A stretch of DNA of 64,000 nucleotides, taken from positions 15,337-79,336 of the forward strand of contig NZ_JBIIKX010000019.1 in NCBI RefSeq assembly GCF_044232965.1. The letters run 5' to 3'. Of this stretch, positions 43,971-53,965 are shown one piece after another. The notes under the pieces were generated by a model. That model was given only the letters and a program-made list of their open reading frames with translations. It did not search any database and had not been told where the DNA came from. Source of the stretch: Prosthecobacter sp. (GTDB lineage Bacteria > Verrucomicrobiota > Verrucomicrobiia > Verrucomicrobiales > Verrucomicrobiaceae). The translations under genes were made by a program, and so were the position numbers. Each line of letters opens with the position of its first letter. The first letter of the stretch is position 1.

Positions 43971-44795
43971 ATGCCCTCAGAAGCATCTTTTCCTGTCCCC
44001 ACCTTTCCCGCCGGCTTTCAACCCAAGCCGATAGACGCGTATCACCGCCGTCATCGCACTTTTCCAGCCAAGGGGCTGCTGGAGCGCATCACCAACCGGT
44101 TACAGGACATCATTGAGGCGGTCATTGCCCACTGCTCCATTCATGGTGATCCGCCGATCTATGACTCAAGGCATTTCCCCTGGGTGAATGACGTCGAGGC
44201 ACATTGGCCGAAGGTCAGGGCAGAGCTCGATGCGGTGATGAAATACCGTGACGCGATGCCCAGCTTCCAGGACATCGTGAAGGAAGTCGGCATGATCCAG
44301 GGCGACGATCAGTGGAAGACCTTCTTTCTCAAAGGCGTGGGCATGGACTGCCAGGAAAATGCCCGTCACTGCCCGGAGACGATGAAGGTGCTCGACATGA
44401 TCCCCGGCTGCACCACCGGCTTCTTCTCGATCCTTTCACCACGGAAGCACATTCCGCATCATCGCGGCCCTTGGGCGGGTGTGTTGCGTCTTCACCTCGG
44501 CCTCATGGTGCCAGAGCCTCGCCATGAGTGCCGCATCCGTATCGCCGATCAGGTCTATGCTTGGCAGGAGGGTAAGGCGGTCATCTTTGACGATACCTAC
44601 AATCACGAGGTTTGGAATGATACGGACGGCCACCGCGTCGTGCTGTTTGTCGATTTTGCCCGGCCAATGCGCTTCCCGCTTAACCTGCTCAATCACTGGA
44701 TCATGAACCTCGCTTCTTTGGCTCCCTTCTTGCGCGAGGCTAAAGGCAAACAAAAAGCGTCAGAGAAAAAATTCTGGGACCGGTTTGGCAAGTGA
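43971..44795 (+). CDS. Aspartyl/asparaginyl beta-hydroxylase family protein (2OG-Fe(II) dioxygenase, LpxO-like fold)
   Basis: It has SILSPRKHIPHHRGPWAGVLRLHLGLMVP and FDDTYNHEVWNDTDGHRVVLFVDFARP, the typical family pattern. Confidence 0.8.
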   Translation: MPSEASFPVPTFPAGFQPKPIDAYHRRHRTFPAKGLLERITNRLQDIIEAVIAHCSIHGDPPIYDSRHFPWVNDVEAHWPKVRAELDAVMKYRDAMPSFQDIVKEVGMIQGDDQWKTFFLKGVGMDCQENARHCPETMKVLDMIPGCTTGFFSILSPRKHIPHHRGPWAGVLRLHLGLMVPEPRHECRIRIADQVYAWQEGKAVIFDDTYNHEVWNDTDGHRVVLFVDFARPMRFPLNLLNHWIMNLASLAPFLREAKGKQKASEKKFWDRFGK

Positions 44796-44844
44796 CACAG
44801 GCCTGTGACTGGCTACTCTCAGGGCTTCCATCAGCCCCTCCGAA

Positions 44845-47673
44845 ATGCTCACGAATTTTTCACGCCGTCACATAGGTCCCTCCGCCTCCGAGGCGGAGAG
44901 CATGCTGCAAACGCTTGGTTTCAAAACGCTTGATGATCTGATCGACAAAGTGGTGCCGGAAGGCATCCGTGTGCGTGAGAAGCTGACATTGCCACCACCG
45001 CTGAGCGAGGAGCAGGCGCTGCGCCGCATGCGCCAGATCATGAGCCGGAACAAGGTGCTGCGCTCCTTCATCGGCCTCGGTTATCACGATACTTTCACGC
45101 CGCCGGTCATTCAGCGGAACATTCTCGAAAACCCCGGCTGGTACACGGCTTACACGCCTTATCAGGCCGAGATCGCGCAAGGCCGCCTGGAGGCGCTGAT
45201 CAATTTCCAGACGATGATCCGCGATCTCACGGCGCTGGATGTTGCGAACGCATCGCTGCTCGATGAAGGCACCGCCTGCGCCGAGGCGCTGGGTCTTGCC
45301 GTGGCGCAGGTCGCGGGGGCTTCGCGCGTTTTCATCTCAGACAAATGCCATCCGCACAGCATTGAAGTCGTGCGCACGCGCATGGACGCGCTCGGTATTC
45401 GTGTGGAGGTCGGCGATGCGCTCGAATGGAAGCACGACGGCACCAAAGGACTCGCCGCCGTGCTCGTGCAGTATCCTGACACGCTCGGTGTCATTCACGA
45501 TTATGCCGAACTGGCCGCCGAAGTGCATGAGGCGGGCGCTTTGCTCATCGTCAGCGCTGATTTGCTCGCGCTCACCGTGCTGCGTCCACCAGGAGAATTC
45601 GGCGCGGACATCTGCGTGGGCAACAGCCAGCGTTTCGGCGTGCCGCTTGGGTTTGGTGGTCCTCACGCGGCCTTCATGGCCGTCAAAGACGCGCTGAAGC
45701 GTCGCCTGCCGGGAAGATTGATCGGCGTCTCGAAAGATGCCTCGGGCAAGCCGGCATACCGCTTGTCTTTGCAAACGCGTGAGCAGCACATCCGCCGTGA
45801 AAAGGCCACCAGCAACATCTGCACCGCGCAGGTGCTGCTCGCTGTCATGGCGTCGATGTACGCTGTGTATCACGGTCCGCAAGGCCTCAAGGCCATCGCA
45901 CAGCGCGTGCATGGCGCGGCAGTGTGGCTGGCCGGCGAGCTGCTCCGCGGCGGCATCGACGTGCTGAGCGACGATTTCTTCGACACCCTCAGCGTGCGCG
46001 TGCCCAACGCCGACGATCTGATCAAACGCGCCCTGCTCTTCGGCATCAACCTCCGCAAAATCGACGCCACCACGGTCGGTGTCTCGCTGGATGAGCGTGT
46101 GCGTGAGGACGAGCTGCTCAACCTGCTCACCGCCTTCGGCATTTCCAAACCGCAGCAGCCACCAGTGCTCGACGACGCGCAGCCGCTGCACTGTTCGTCA
46201 TTGCACCACCGCTCCTCGGCTTATCTGACCCATCCGGTCTTCAATTCCTACCACTCCGAAACGGAGATGATGCGTTACCTGCATCGCCTGGAGTCCAAAG
46301 ACATCGCGCTGAACCGCAGCATGATCCCACTCGGCTCCTGCACGATGAAACTCAACGCCGCTGCGGAGATGATGCCGCTGAGTTGGCCGGAGGTGAATGG
46401 ATTGCATCCCTTCTGCCCGCATGACCAGTCCGAGGGCTACCGCACCATGTCTGGCGATCTGGAGGCCTGGCTGGCCGAATGCACCGGCTTTGATGCCGTT
46501 TCATTGCAGCCGAATGCCGGTTCGCAGGGCGAATATGCAGGTCTTATCGCGATCAAACGCTTCCACGCCTCGCGCGGGGAGGATCATCGCGATGTGTGCC
46601 TGATCCCGACCTCTGCGCACGGCACCAATCCCGCCAGCGCAGTGATGTGCGGCTTCAAAGTCGTGGCCGTTACTTGTGATGATCATGGCAACGTGGCCCT
46701 CGACGATCTCAAGACGAAGCTGGAGGCCAACAAAGGCAAAGTGGCCGCGCTGATGATCACCTATCCTTCGACGCACGGCGTGTTTGAGGAGTCCATCATC
46801 GAGATCTGCCAGCTCACGCACGATCACGGCGGCCAGGTTTACATGGATGGCGCGAACATGAACGCGCAGGTCGGTCTGACCTCGCCTGGCCGCATCGGTG
46901 CCGATGTCTGCCATCTCAATCTGCACAAGACCTTCTGCATCCCGCATGGCGGCGGCGGACCGGGCGTCGGCCCCATCGCTGTGGCCGCGCATCTGCGTCC
47001 GCATCTGCCGGGGCATCACACCTGGGCGGAAGAACGCCGCGAAGGCGCGGTGTGCTCCGCTCCATGGGGCAGCGCCAGCATTTGTACCATCTCGTGGATG
47101 TACATTGCCATGATGGGGCCACGGCTCACCGAAGCGACGAAGATGGCCATCCTGAACGCCAACTACGTCGCCAAGAGGCTCGAAGCCAACTTCCCCACGC
47201 TCTACATGGGAACGAATGGCCTCGTAGCGCACGAGTGCATCCTCGACTTCAGTCACTTCCACAAAGTCACCGTCGAGGACGTGGCGAAGCGTCTCATGGA
47301 CTTCGGTTATCACGCGCCCACGATGAGCTGGCCGGTCGCGGGCACGCTCATGATTGAGCCGACGGAAAGCGAGAGTAAAGCCGAGCTGGACCGTTTCATC
47401 GAGGCCATGCAGTGCATTCACGCTGAGATGATCGGTGTCGAGAGCAGCCAGTATCACGCCACCGACAACACGCTCAAACAAGCCCCGCACACCGCTGCCT
47501 TCGTCACGAAAAGTGACTGGCCGCACGCCTACACCCGCGAAGCCGCCGCCTTCCCGCTGCCGTGGGTGCAGGAGAGCAAATACTGGCCGCCCGTCTCCCG
47601 CATCGACAACGTCTTCGGCGACCGCCATCTCATCTGCACCTGTGTGAGTGTTGAGGAAGCTGCTGCAAGTTGA
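44845..47673 (+). CDS. gcvP: Glycine dehydrogenase (decarboxylating), single-chain P protein
   Basis: The 942-aa product has FSRRHIGP at the N-terminus and the PLP-Lys context [18 protein letters not shown]. Confidence 0.97.
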   Translation: MLTNFSRRHIGPSASEAESMLQTLGFKTLDDLIDKVVPEGIRVREKLTLPPPLSEEQALRRMRQIMSRNKVLRSFIGLGYHDTFTPPVIQRNILENPGWYTAYTPYQAEIAQGRLEALINFQTMIRDLTALDVANASLLDEGTACAEALGLAVAQVAGASRVFISDKCHPHSIEVVRTRMDALGIRVEVGDALEWKHDGTKGLAAVLVQYPDTLGVIHDYAELAAEVHEAGALLIVSADLLALTVLRPPGEFGADICVGNSQRFGVPLGFGGPHAAFMAVKDALKRRLPGRLIGVSKDASGKPAYRLSLQTREQHIRREKATSNICTAQVLLAVMASMYAVYHGPQGLKAIAQRVHGAAVWLAGELLRGGIDVLSDDFFDTLSVRVPNADDLIKRALLFGINLRKIDATTVGVSLDERVREDELLNLLTAFGISKPQQPPVLDDAQPLHCSSLHHRSSAYLTHPVFNSYHSETEMMRYLHRLESKDIALNRSMIPLGSCTMKLNAAAEMMPLSWPEVNGLHPFCPHDQSEGYRTMSGDLEAWLAECTGFDAVSLQPNAGSQGEYAGLIAIKRFHASRGEDHRDVCLIPTSAHGTNPASAVMCGFKVVAVTCDDHGNVALDDLKTKLEANKGKVAALMITYPSTHGVFEESIIEICQLTHDHGGQVYMDGANMNAQVGLTSPGRIGADVCHLNLHKTFCIPHGGGGPGVGPIAVAAHLRPHLPGHHTWAEERREGAVCSAPWGSASICTISWMYIAMMGPRLTEATKMAILNANYVAKRLEANFPTLYMGTNGLVAHECILDFSHFHKVTVEDVAKRLMDFGYHAPTMSWPVAGTLMIEPTESESKAELDRFIEAMQCIHAEMIGVESSQYHATDNTLKQAPHTAAFVTKSDWPHAYTREAAAFPLPWVQESKYWPPVSRIDNVFGDRHLICTCVSVEEAAAS

Positions 47674-47698
47674 TGGATGTCTGCGCGTTTCACCGCGC

Positions 47699-49219
47699 AT
47701 GAAGCTCCTCCTGCTCGCCCTCGCCATCTTCACGTTCCTTCCGGCCACCCAGGCTGCCGATGCTCCGCGTCCGAACATCCTGTTCATCATCTTCGACGAC
47801 TGGGGCTGGCAGCATGCGGGCGCTTATGGTTGCGACTGGGTCAAGACGCCGAACTTCGACCGCGTGGCAAAGGAGGGGGTGCTGTTCAAGAACGCCTTCA
47901 CCTCCAATCCGAAGTGCAGCCCGTGCCGCGCGACGATTCTCACCGGACGCAACTCCTGGCAGCTTGAGGAAGCTGTCTGCCACGGTGGCATCTTCCCACC
48001 GAAGTTCGCCGTGTATCCTGATCTGATCGAGAAAGGCGGCTACGACATCGGTTTGACCGGCAAAGGCTGGGGGCCGGGCGATTTCAAGCTCAATGGCCGC
48101 ACGCGCAATCCTGCGGGACCGAGTTTTGACAACGCGAAAGCAAATCCACCGGCCAAAGGCATCGGCAAGAACGACTACACCGCCAATTTTTCCGAATTCC
48201 TGGCCCAGCGCGATGCGAAGAAGCCGTTCTGCTTCTGGATGGGATTTCAGGAGCCGCATCGTGGCTACGAACTCGATTCCGGCGTGCGCATGGGCAAAAA
48301 ACTCAACGATGTGAAGGTGCCGGGCTATCTGCCCGACAATGACGCCGTGCGCGGCGATCTGGCCGACTACGCCATCGAAGTCGAGTATGCCGACGCCTAC
48401 ATCGGTCGGGCGATGGACATGCTGGAGAAGCAGGGCTTGCTCGAAGACACGCTCATCATCGTCACCTCCGACCACGGCATGCCCTTTCCACGCGTGAAAG
48501 GCCAGATTTATGAAGACGGCTATCACTTGCCACTGGCGATGCGCTGGGGGAAGGGAATCAAACCCGGACGCGTCGTTGAGGATTTCATCAACGTACGTGA
48601 CCTCGCGCCGACCTACCTCGAACTCGCCGGACTGCCCGTTCATGAGCAGATGAGCGGCAAAAGCCTCGTGAACATCCTGCGCAGCGACAAAAACGGCTTC
48701 TTCGAGGATCGCAAAATCATGCTCGCTGGCAAGGAGCGCCACGACATTGGCCGTCCGAACGACTGGGGTTATCCCGTGCGCGCCATCCGCACGCCGGAGT
48801 TTTTCTACAGCCACAACTACCACCCCGAGCGCTGGCCTGCGTGCAATCCCGAGACCGGCTACCGCAACTGCGACGACGGCCCCACCAAAGCGTGGATCGT
48901 CGAGAACAAGGGACCGTTCTACGATCTCGCGTTCGCCTATCGGGCCGAGGAGGAGCTGTTCGACATCGCCAATGATCCCGAGTGCCTGAAGAATCTCGCC
49001 GCTGATCCCAAGTTTGCCGCAACCAAGAAGGAGCTGCGCGAGAAGATGGAGGCCATGCTCAAGGACGAGAAAGATCCTCGCGTTCTCGGCAACGCCGCAA
49101 TTTTTGACACCTACAAGTACCTCGGCAACCGCAAGAACAAAGGCTACGCCGAATGGGAGGCCGCGCAGAAAGGCCAGCCGCTTCCCGAGGAGCCGAAAAA
49201 GAAGAAGCGTGGCAAGTGA
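47699..49219 (+). CDS. Sulfatase-family protein
   Basis: It has signal peptide MKLLLLALAIFTFLPATQA, PNILFIIFDDWGW, and the signature CSPCRATILTGR. It has SDHGMP and a Lys-rich C-terminus. Confidence 0.9.
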   Translation: MKLLLLALAIFTFLPATQAADAPRPNILFIIFDDWGWQHAGAYGCDWVKTPNFDRVAKEGVLFKNAFTSNPKCSPCRATILTGRNSWQLEEAVCHGGIFPPKFAVYPDLIEKGGYDIGLTGKGWGPGDFKLNGRTRNPAGPSFDNAKANPPAKGIGKNDYTANFSEFLAQRDAKKPFCFWMGFQEPHRGYELDSGVRMGKKLNDVKVPGYLPDNDAVRGDLADYAIEVEYADAYIGRAMDMLEKQGLLEDTLIIVTSDHGMPFPRVKGQIYEDGYHLPLAMRWGKGIKPGRVVEDFINVRDLAPTYLELAGLPVHEQMSGKSLVNILRSDKNGFFEDRKIMLAGKERHDIGRPNDWGYPVRAIRTPEFFYSHNYHPERWPACNPETGYRNCDDGPTKAWIVENKGPFYDLAFAYRAEEELFDIANDPECLKNLAADPKFAATKKELREKMEAMLKDEKDPRVLGNAAIFDTYKYLGNRKNKGYAEWEAAQKGQPLPEEPKKKKRGK

Positions 49220-49260
49220 CAGCAGCCTCGACTTTGGCCGCTTTGCGGCGATAGCAGCGC

Positions 49261-49731
49261 ATGCGTGCGATTTCACTCCTTCTGCTCCTCATTTCCTTCA
49301 CTCTGACCCTGTCTGCGGCTGATAAAGTGGCGGCCCCGGAGGCTCTGGTGGCCAAACTCTACAAAGCGCATGACGCGGAGAAGTCGCCCTTCTTCCAGGA
49401 CAAGGATCGGGCGCTGGTGGATCACTACTTCACCAAGGAACTGGCCGATTTTCTGTGGAAAGACGCCAAGGAATCCAAGGGCGAGGTCGGCGTGATTGAT
49501 TTCGATCCGCTTTACAACGCTCAGGACACGGAGATCAAAAACTTCGTCGTCAACAAGGCCAAGGTCGATGGCACCAATGCCACAGTCGTTGCCAGTTTCG
49601 TGAATTTCGACGAGAAGACACGCATCATCTTCAAGCTCGTGCAGCAGGACGATGCCTGGAAGATCAGTGACATTCAATACACCGAAGGGCATGCGCTGCT
49701 GAAGCTCTTCAAAGCTGCGGCTGGGAATTGA
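49261..49731 (+). CDS. Secreted hypothetical protein (DUF3828-like)
   Basis: It has a signal peptide MRAISLLLLLISFTLTLSA. The central ...DFDPLYNAQD... motif resembles DUF3828 as I recall it. Confidence 0.6.
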   Translation: MRAISLLLLLISFTLTLSAADKVAAPEALVAKLYKAHDAEKSPFFQDKDRALVDHYFTKELADFLWKDAKESKGEVGVIDFDPLYNAQDTEIKNFVVNKAKVDGTNATVVASFVNFDEKTRIIFKLVQQDDAWKISDIQYTEGHALLKLFKAAAGN

Positions 49732-49765
49732 GGTTGGACATTGCGTTTCGTTCCTCTACTCTGCC

Positions 49766-50190
49766 GATGGGTCGGCCGGAGTGATCGCTGGGGTTTTGCT
49801 GCAAGGCAGGATGCCAGAGGAAAGTCCGGACACCACAGGGCAGCATGCCACGTGAAAGCGTGGGGGCTGCGGTGCAAGCCGCGGTCACAGACAGTGTCAC
49901 AGAAAACAAACCGCCTGCGCGAAAGTGTGGGTAAGGGTGAAACGGCGGGGTAAGAGCCCACCGCCCCAACCGCGAGGAAGGGGGCACGACAAACCTCATG
50001 CGGTGCAAGACAGAACAGGAGAAAGGCCCGCCTGGCCGTAAGTCCCGCAAGGGATGGATAACTCCGGGTAATAGTCGCACCATCGCGCAAGCGAGGGCAG
50101 GCCGGTCGCTCGGCCTGACAGATAAATGATCACAGCCAGGCGTCGCAAGATGTCGGGGACACAGAATCCGGCTTATGAGGGCCGATCCAC
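49766..50190 (+). ncRNA. rnpB: RNase P RNA, bacterial type A
   Basis: Conserved blocks are GAGGAAAGTCCGGAC, ACAGAAAACAAACCGCC, GGTAAGGGTGAAA, GGGGTAAGAGCCCACC and ACAGAATCCGGCTTAT. P1 pairing is 49768-49777 with 50180-50189. The ends are approximate (about +/-5 nt). Confidence 0.93.
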
Positions 50191-50193
50191 ATG

Positions 50194-50230
50194 AAGGCGT
50201 CGGGGGAAACCCCGGCGCCTTCGCCTTTTG
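50194..50230 (+). terminator. Rho-independent terminator after rnpB
   Basis: AAGGCGTCGGGG-gaaa-CCCCGGCGCCTT is a 12-bp stem including one G-U pair, with a GNRA loop. It is followed by CGCCTTTT. Confidence 0.7.
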
Positions 50231-50337
50231 GAGCGCGAGTATGCTACTCGCCTGGTTTGCCTGTGATTTACGTGTCACACCAAAGTGGCGAGTGGTCTTC
50301 GACACACTCGCGCTCCGTCACACGGGAGCTTCGTCTC

Positions 50338-50757
50338 TCAAGAAAGCCGGACTGGCTGCGCTTGAGGTGTGACAGGCTGAAGAAACTCATCCTTCTTCAC
50401 CAGCGCATAGATCAGGAAGAACAGACCGAAGGGGAAGAAGTAGCTGAAGGACATCAGGCCGCCGTAGATGCACAGGAACCAGAACATCCACACCGAGCGA
50501 TAACGGCAGGCGGTGATGGCGATGATCACGAGAATGAGGCCGACGAGCGCAACGGCAATGCCTGCAAACGAGCTCCAGAGCACCTCTCCGATGGCTTTGC
50601 TGAGTTTGGCCGGATCACTGGTGCCAGCGGTGCCGAGCACTTGAAATGCTTTCATCATTCCAGCCACCGTGCCAGCCAGACCGATGACTTGCGCGAGTTG
50701 CAGCCACGCGCCGATCTTGGCGATGATGGCTCCGTTGTTCGATGGGGGCTCATTCAT
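50338..50757 (-). CDS. Small membrane protein with a MotA/TolQ/ExbB-like channel segment
   Basis: IGLAGTVAGMMKAFQVLG...SDPAKLSKAIGEVLWSSFAGIAVALVGLILVII resembles the conserved MotA/ExbB C-terminal core. Two further hydrophobic segments follow. It starts 3 nt after the upstream stop. Confidence 0.65.
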   Translation of the reverse strand: MNEPPSNNGAIIAKIGAWLQLAQVIGLAGTVAGMMKAFQVLGTAGTSDPAKLSKAIGEVLWSSFAGIAVALVGLILVIIAITACRYRSVWMFWFLCIYGGLMSFSYFFPFGLFFLIYALVKKDEFLQPVTPQAQPVRLS

Positions 50758-50760
50758 GAT

Positions 50761-52470
50761 TCAGTCCACATACACGAACTCATTCGAGTTCAGCAAGGCC
50801 AGACAGTAGTCGGCGAGCGCGGCTTGGAAGTTGGGTGTCAGGGAGGTTTGCTTGTGGAGGAATTTTTGCCCGGCTTCGATCTCGGTCTTGGTTGGCTGAC
50901 GTGCGAGACAACCCTGCGTGGCATCCGTGATGAGCGCGGTGGCATCTGAGCCGTGCGTTGCATTCAAATCGGCGGCAAGTTTGGCGGCGATGGTGTGGGC
51001 GAACTCGGAATTGAGCAGCATGAGCGCCTGCGGCGCGGTGGTGGAATCGTTGCGGCGGGCGCAGCTCATCTGCGCGTCGGGACGGTCGAACAACTCGAAC
51101 AACGGATTGCGCAGATTGCGGCGGGCGAAGGTGTAGATGCTGCGGCGGTTGTGCTCGGTGGCATCGGGATTCACCTCGTGCTGCTTTTTGAGCAGTGTGT
51201 CGCTGATTTCCTTCGGCAGTGGCAGTTTCACACCGGGGCCGCCGGTTTTGAGATTGAGCTGGCCGCTGACGCTGAGCATGGCATCGCGCAGCATCTCGCC
51301 AGTGAGGCGTTTGCGCGGTGCAACGGCCTGCTGGTAGTGTTTCGACATCACGATGACCTTGTGCAGCTTTTTGAGGCTCCAGTTTTGCCGCGGTAGCTCG
51401 GCGGCCAGCCAGTCGAGCATCGTGGGATTGCTTGGCGCTTCGCCTTGATGACCGAGCTCATCGGGAATGGCGGCGAGAGGCTGGCCGAAATGCTGCTGCC
51501 AGATTCGATTCGCCATCGTGCGCAGGAAGATCGCGTTGTCTTTGCTGGCGATCCATTTCGCGAGCGTGGCGCGGTCGGCGTTTGGCGGTGTTTCGCCGAA
51601 AAGGCGGGGGAAGGCGGGCTGAATGGCAGGGCCGGGTCGTTTGAAGTCACCACGCACGAAGACGGTGCTTGCAGGCACGCCTTCGGTGAACACGCGCACG
51701 GCGGGGCCGAGCGGCTTGCGTTCCTTCGGCAGCACAGTGTTGTCAAAAAAGGCTCGTAGCCGATAGAAGTCGGCTTGGCTGATGGGATCATACGGATGAT
51801 CGTGGCACTGCGCGCAACCGACGGTGAGGCCGAGGCCCACAGAACCGACGGTGGTGGTGATGTCGTTGAGCAGCACATGCCGGCGCTCGTCTTGCTTGTT
51901 AAGATCCGGCATGTCGGGACAGGCAAAGAGAAAGCCTGTGGCCGTTTCATCACCCATCAAATCACCTGCGATCTGTTTCTGGACGAAAACATCGAAGGGT
52001 ATGTCGTCATTGAGTGCGTCGATGACCCAGTCGCGATACTGCCAAGCGCGGTTGCGTTCGGCATCGTATTCGAAACCGTCGGTTTCAGCGAAGCGAGCGA
52101 GATCAAGCCACCACTGCGCCCAATGTTCGCCGTAGCGAGGGCTTGCGAGAAGTTTGTCCACGATGGCCTCGAACGATGATGGATTGTGGACAAACGCCGC
52201 AACATCCTCCGGCTTCGGTGGCAGGCCGGTGAGGTCAAAGGTGAGACGACGAATGAGAGTGGCAGGATCGGCTTTGGCCTCCAGCTTGGTGAAATCGTCG
52301 ATGCCTTGTTTGCCAGGAGCGGTTTGCAGCGGCTTGAAAGCCCAGTGCTCGCGATCCTTTTCCGTGATCTTTGGCTCATCCTTCACCGGATCGGCGGAGG
52401 CGTGAATCGCGACACCTCGCGCGTGATTCGCGATCAGCAGCAGCGTGAAGGCGAGGCAGACGGTTTTCAT
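50761..52470 (-). CDS. DUF1549 + DUF1553 domain protein (PSD1-type)
   Basis: It has a signal peptide MKTVCLAFTLLLIANHARG. The DUF1549 hallmark is LASPRYGEHWAQWWLDLARFAETDGFEYD. The DUF1553 hallmark is GCAQCHDHPYDPISQADFYRLRAFF. The ATG at 52468-52470 overlaps the DUF1501 stop. Confidence 0.9.
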   Translation of the reverse strand: MKTVCLAFTLLLIANHARGVAIHASADPVKDEPKITEKDREHWAFKPLQTAPGKQGIDDFTKLEAKADPATLIRRLTFDLTGLPPKPEDVAAFVHNPSSFEAIVDKLLASPRYGEHWAQWWLDLARFAETDGFEYDAERNRAWQYRDWVIDALNDDIPFDVFVQKQIAGDLMGDETATGFLFACPDMPDLNKQDERRHVLLNDITTTVGSVGLGLTVGCAQCHDHPYDPISQADFYRLRAFFDNTVLPKERKPLGPAVRVFTEGVPASTVFVRGDFKRPGPAIQPAFPRLFGETPPNADRATLAKWIASKDNAIFLRTMANRIWQQHFGQPLAAIPDELGHQGEAPSNPTMLDWLAAELPRQNWSLKKLHKVIVMSKHYQQAVAPRKRLTGEMLRDAMLSVSGQLNLKTGGPGVKLPLPKEISDTLLKKQHEVNPDATEHNRRSIYTFARRNLRNPLFELFDRPDAQMSCARRNDSTTAPQALMLLNSEFAHTIAAKLAADLNATHGSDATALITDATQGCLARQPTKTEIEAGQKFLHKQTSLTPNFQAALADYCLALLNSNEFVYVD

Positions 52471-53840
52471 GCGAGGATTTTCTTCACCACATGGCATTCC
52501 TCTACGCCAGTGAGCTTCTGATCGAGGCCGTTGAGGCGGAAGGTGAGGCGATCGTGATCGAGACCGAGGAGGTGCAGTATCGTGGCGTGGAGGTCGTGAA
52601 TGTGGACTTTGTCCTCGGCGGCACGCAGGCCGAAATCGTCGGTGGCTCCGTGGACGTGACCGTGTTTCACGCCTGCGCCGAACAGCACGGTCGTGTAGCC
52701 CCAGGGGTTGTGATCGCGGCCCACGCCTTTCTCGCTCATCGGCATGCGGCCGAATTCGCCGCCCCAGATGACGAGCGTGTCTTCCAGCAGGCCACGCTGC
52801 TTCAAATCGCGGATCAAACCGGCCACGGGCTTGTCGGTGCGGGCGCAATACTCGGTGTGATTCTTCATCACGTTCTCGTGCGCGTCCCAGCCGTTCGTGT
52901 CGCCGGAGTAGAGCTGTACGAAACGCACACCGCGTTCGATCATGCGCCGTGCCAGCAGGCAGCGCGTGCCGAACTCCTTCGTCTGGGGATCGTCGATGCC
53001 GTAAAGATGCTTGGTGGCTTCCGTTTCGCGTGAAATGTCCACCGCTTCTGGCGCGGCGCTCTGCATGCGGAATGCCAGTTCGTAGGCACGGATGCGGGCG
53101 TCGAGCTCGCTGTCGGCCTCGCGCTTGGCCTGATGCTGCGCGTTCATCTGCTGGATGAGATCGAGCGTGGCACGCTGGCGTGCGCTGCTCTGCGGGCTTT
53201 GCAGGTGCAGGATGGGATTGTCACCGGCACGCATCGTGGTGCCTTGATACGTCGCAGGGAGGAAGCCGCTGCCCCAGGCCGGCGGGCCGCCTTTCAAACC
53301 GCCACCAGGATCTGGCAGCACGACGAAGGCGGGCATGTCCGCGTTCTCGGAGCCGAGGCCATACGACACCCAACTGCCCAAGCTCGGCTTGCCCATCTGG
53401 ATGGAGCCGGTGTTCATCTGATAGACCGACTGTGGATGATTCACGCTGTCGCCATGGCAACTGCGAATGACGCACATCTCATCGGCGATGCTCGCCATGT
53501 GCGGCAGGAAGTCGCTGATCTCGATGCCGCTCTGTCCATGCTGCCGAAAAGGCTTCACCGGCGCGAGCAGTGGATTCTGCGCGACTTTGCGCCGAGTTTC
53601 GACCGTGCCGTAGCTCTCCGGCAGCGGTTTGCCCGCGTGGCGGATGAGTTCGGGCTTCGGATCGAACAAATCGAGATGGCTTGGCCCGCCGTGCATAAAG
53701 AGCCAGATCACACGCTTCGCTTTTGCCGGGAAGTGCGAACGCGACTCGGCCATGAGGGACGATAGCGCCACGCTGGAAAGCCCCATGGCCGTCGAGCCGA
53801 GAAGGCGGCGGCGGGAGAGCGTGGCGGGGGCCGGGTGCAT
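52467..53840 (-). CDS. DUF1501 domain protein (sulfatase-like fold) with a Tat-type signal
   Basis: It has SRRRLLGSTAMGLSSVAL (twin-arginine), VIWLFMHGGPSHLDLFDPKPEL and GRDHNPWGY. An upstream ATG at 53888 is an alternative start. Confidence 0.9.
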   Translation of the reverse strand: MHPAPATLSRRRLLGSTAMGLSSVALSSLMAESRSHFPAKAKRVIWLFMHGGPSHLDLFDPKPELIRHAGKPLPESYGTVETRRKVAQNPLLAPVKPFRQHGQSGIEISDFLPHMASIADEMCVIRSCHGDSVNHPQSVYQMNTGSIQMGKPSLGSWVSYGLGSENADMPAFVVLPDPGGGLKGGPPAWGSGFLPATYQGTTMRAGDNPILHLQSPQSSARQRATLDLIQQMNAQHQAKREADSELDARIRAYELAFRMQSAAPEAVDISRETEATKHLYGIDDPQTKEFGTRCLLARRMIERGVRFVQLYSGDTNGWDAHENVMKNHTEYCARTDKPVAGLIRDLKQRGLLEDTLVIWGGEFGRMPMSEKGVGRDHNPWGYTTVLFGAGVKHGHVHGATDDFGLRAAEDKVHIHDLHATILHLLGLDHDRLTFRLNGLDQKLTGVEECHVVKKILA

Positions 53841-53899
53841 GGCGTGAAGACGTTGGCTGGGCGACGGTTCTAGCGGGTTCGGCTGCAAACGTCAATGCT

Positions 53900-53961
53900 A
53901 TGGAGCGCCGACGAGTCGTCGGCATTGGGATGGTTTTGGCGACGACTCGTCGCCACTCCAT
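53900..53961. repeat. 24-nt imperfect inverted repeat between the GNAT stop and the DUF1501 start
   Basis: ATGGAGCGCCGACGAGTCGTCGGC - 14 nt - GGCGACGACTCGTCGCCACTCCAT has 21 of 24 positions complementary. It could be a GNAT terminator-like hairpin without a U-tract, or an operator. Confidence 0.6.
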
Positions 53962-53965
53962 ATCG

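Noticed and set aside
46501-47790. 429-aa ORF on the minus strand (also 45337-46191 and 43006-43875)
   Set aside because: These are antisense to gcvP and gcvT/H, which are unambiguous.
47690-49276. 528-aa ORF on the minus strand
   Set aside because: It is antisense to the second sulfatase. It has no motifs and the composition of a shadow ORF.
49674-50305. 138-aa and 198-aa minus-strand ORFs
   Set aside because: They overlap the RNase P RNA gene, whose conserved type-A blocks are all present on the plus strand.
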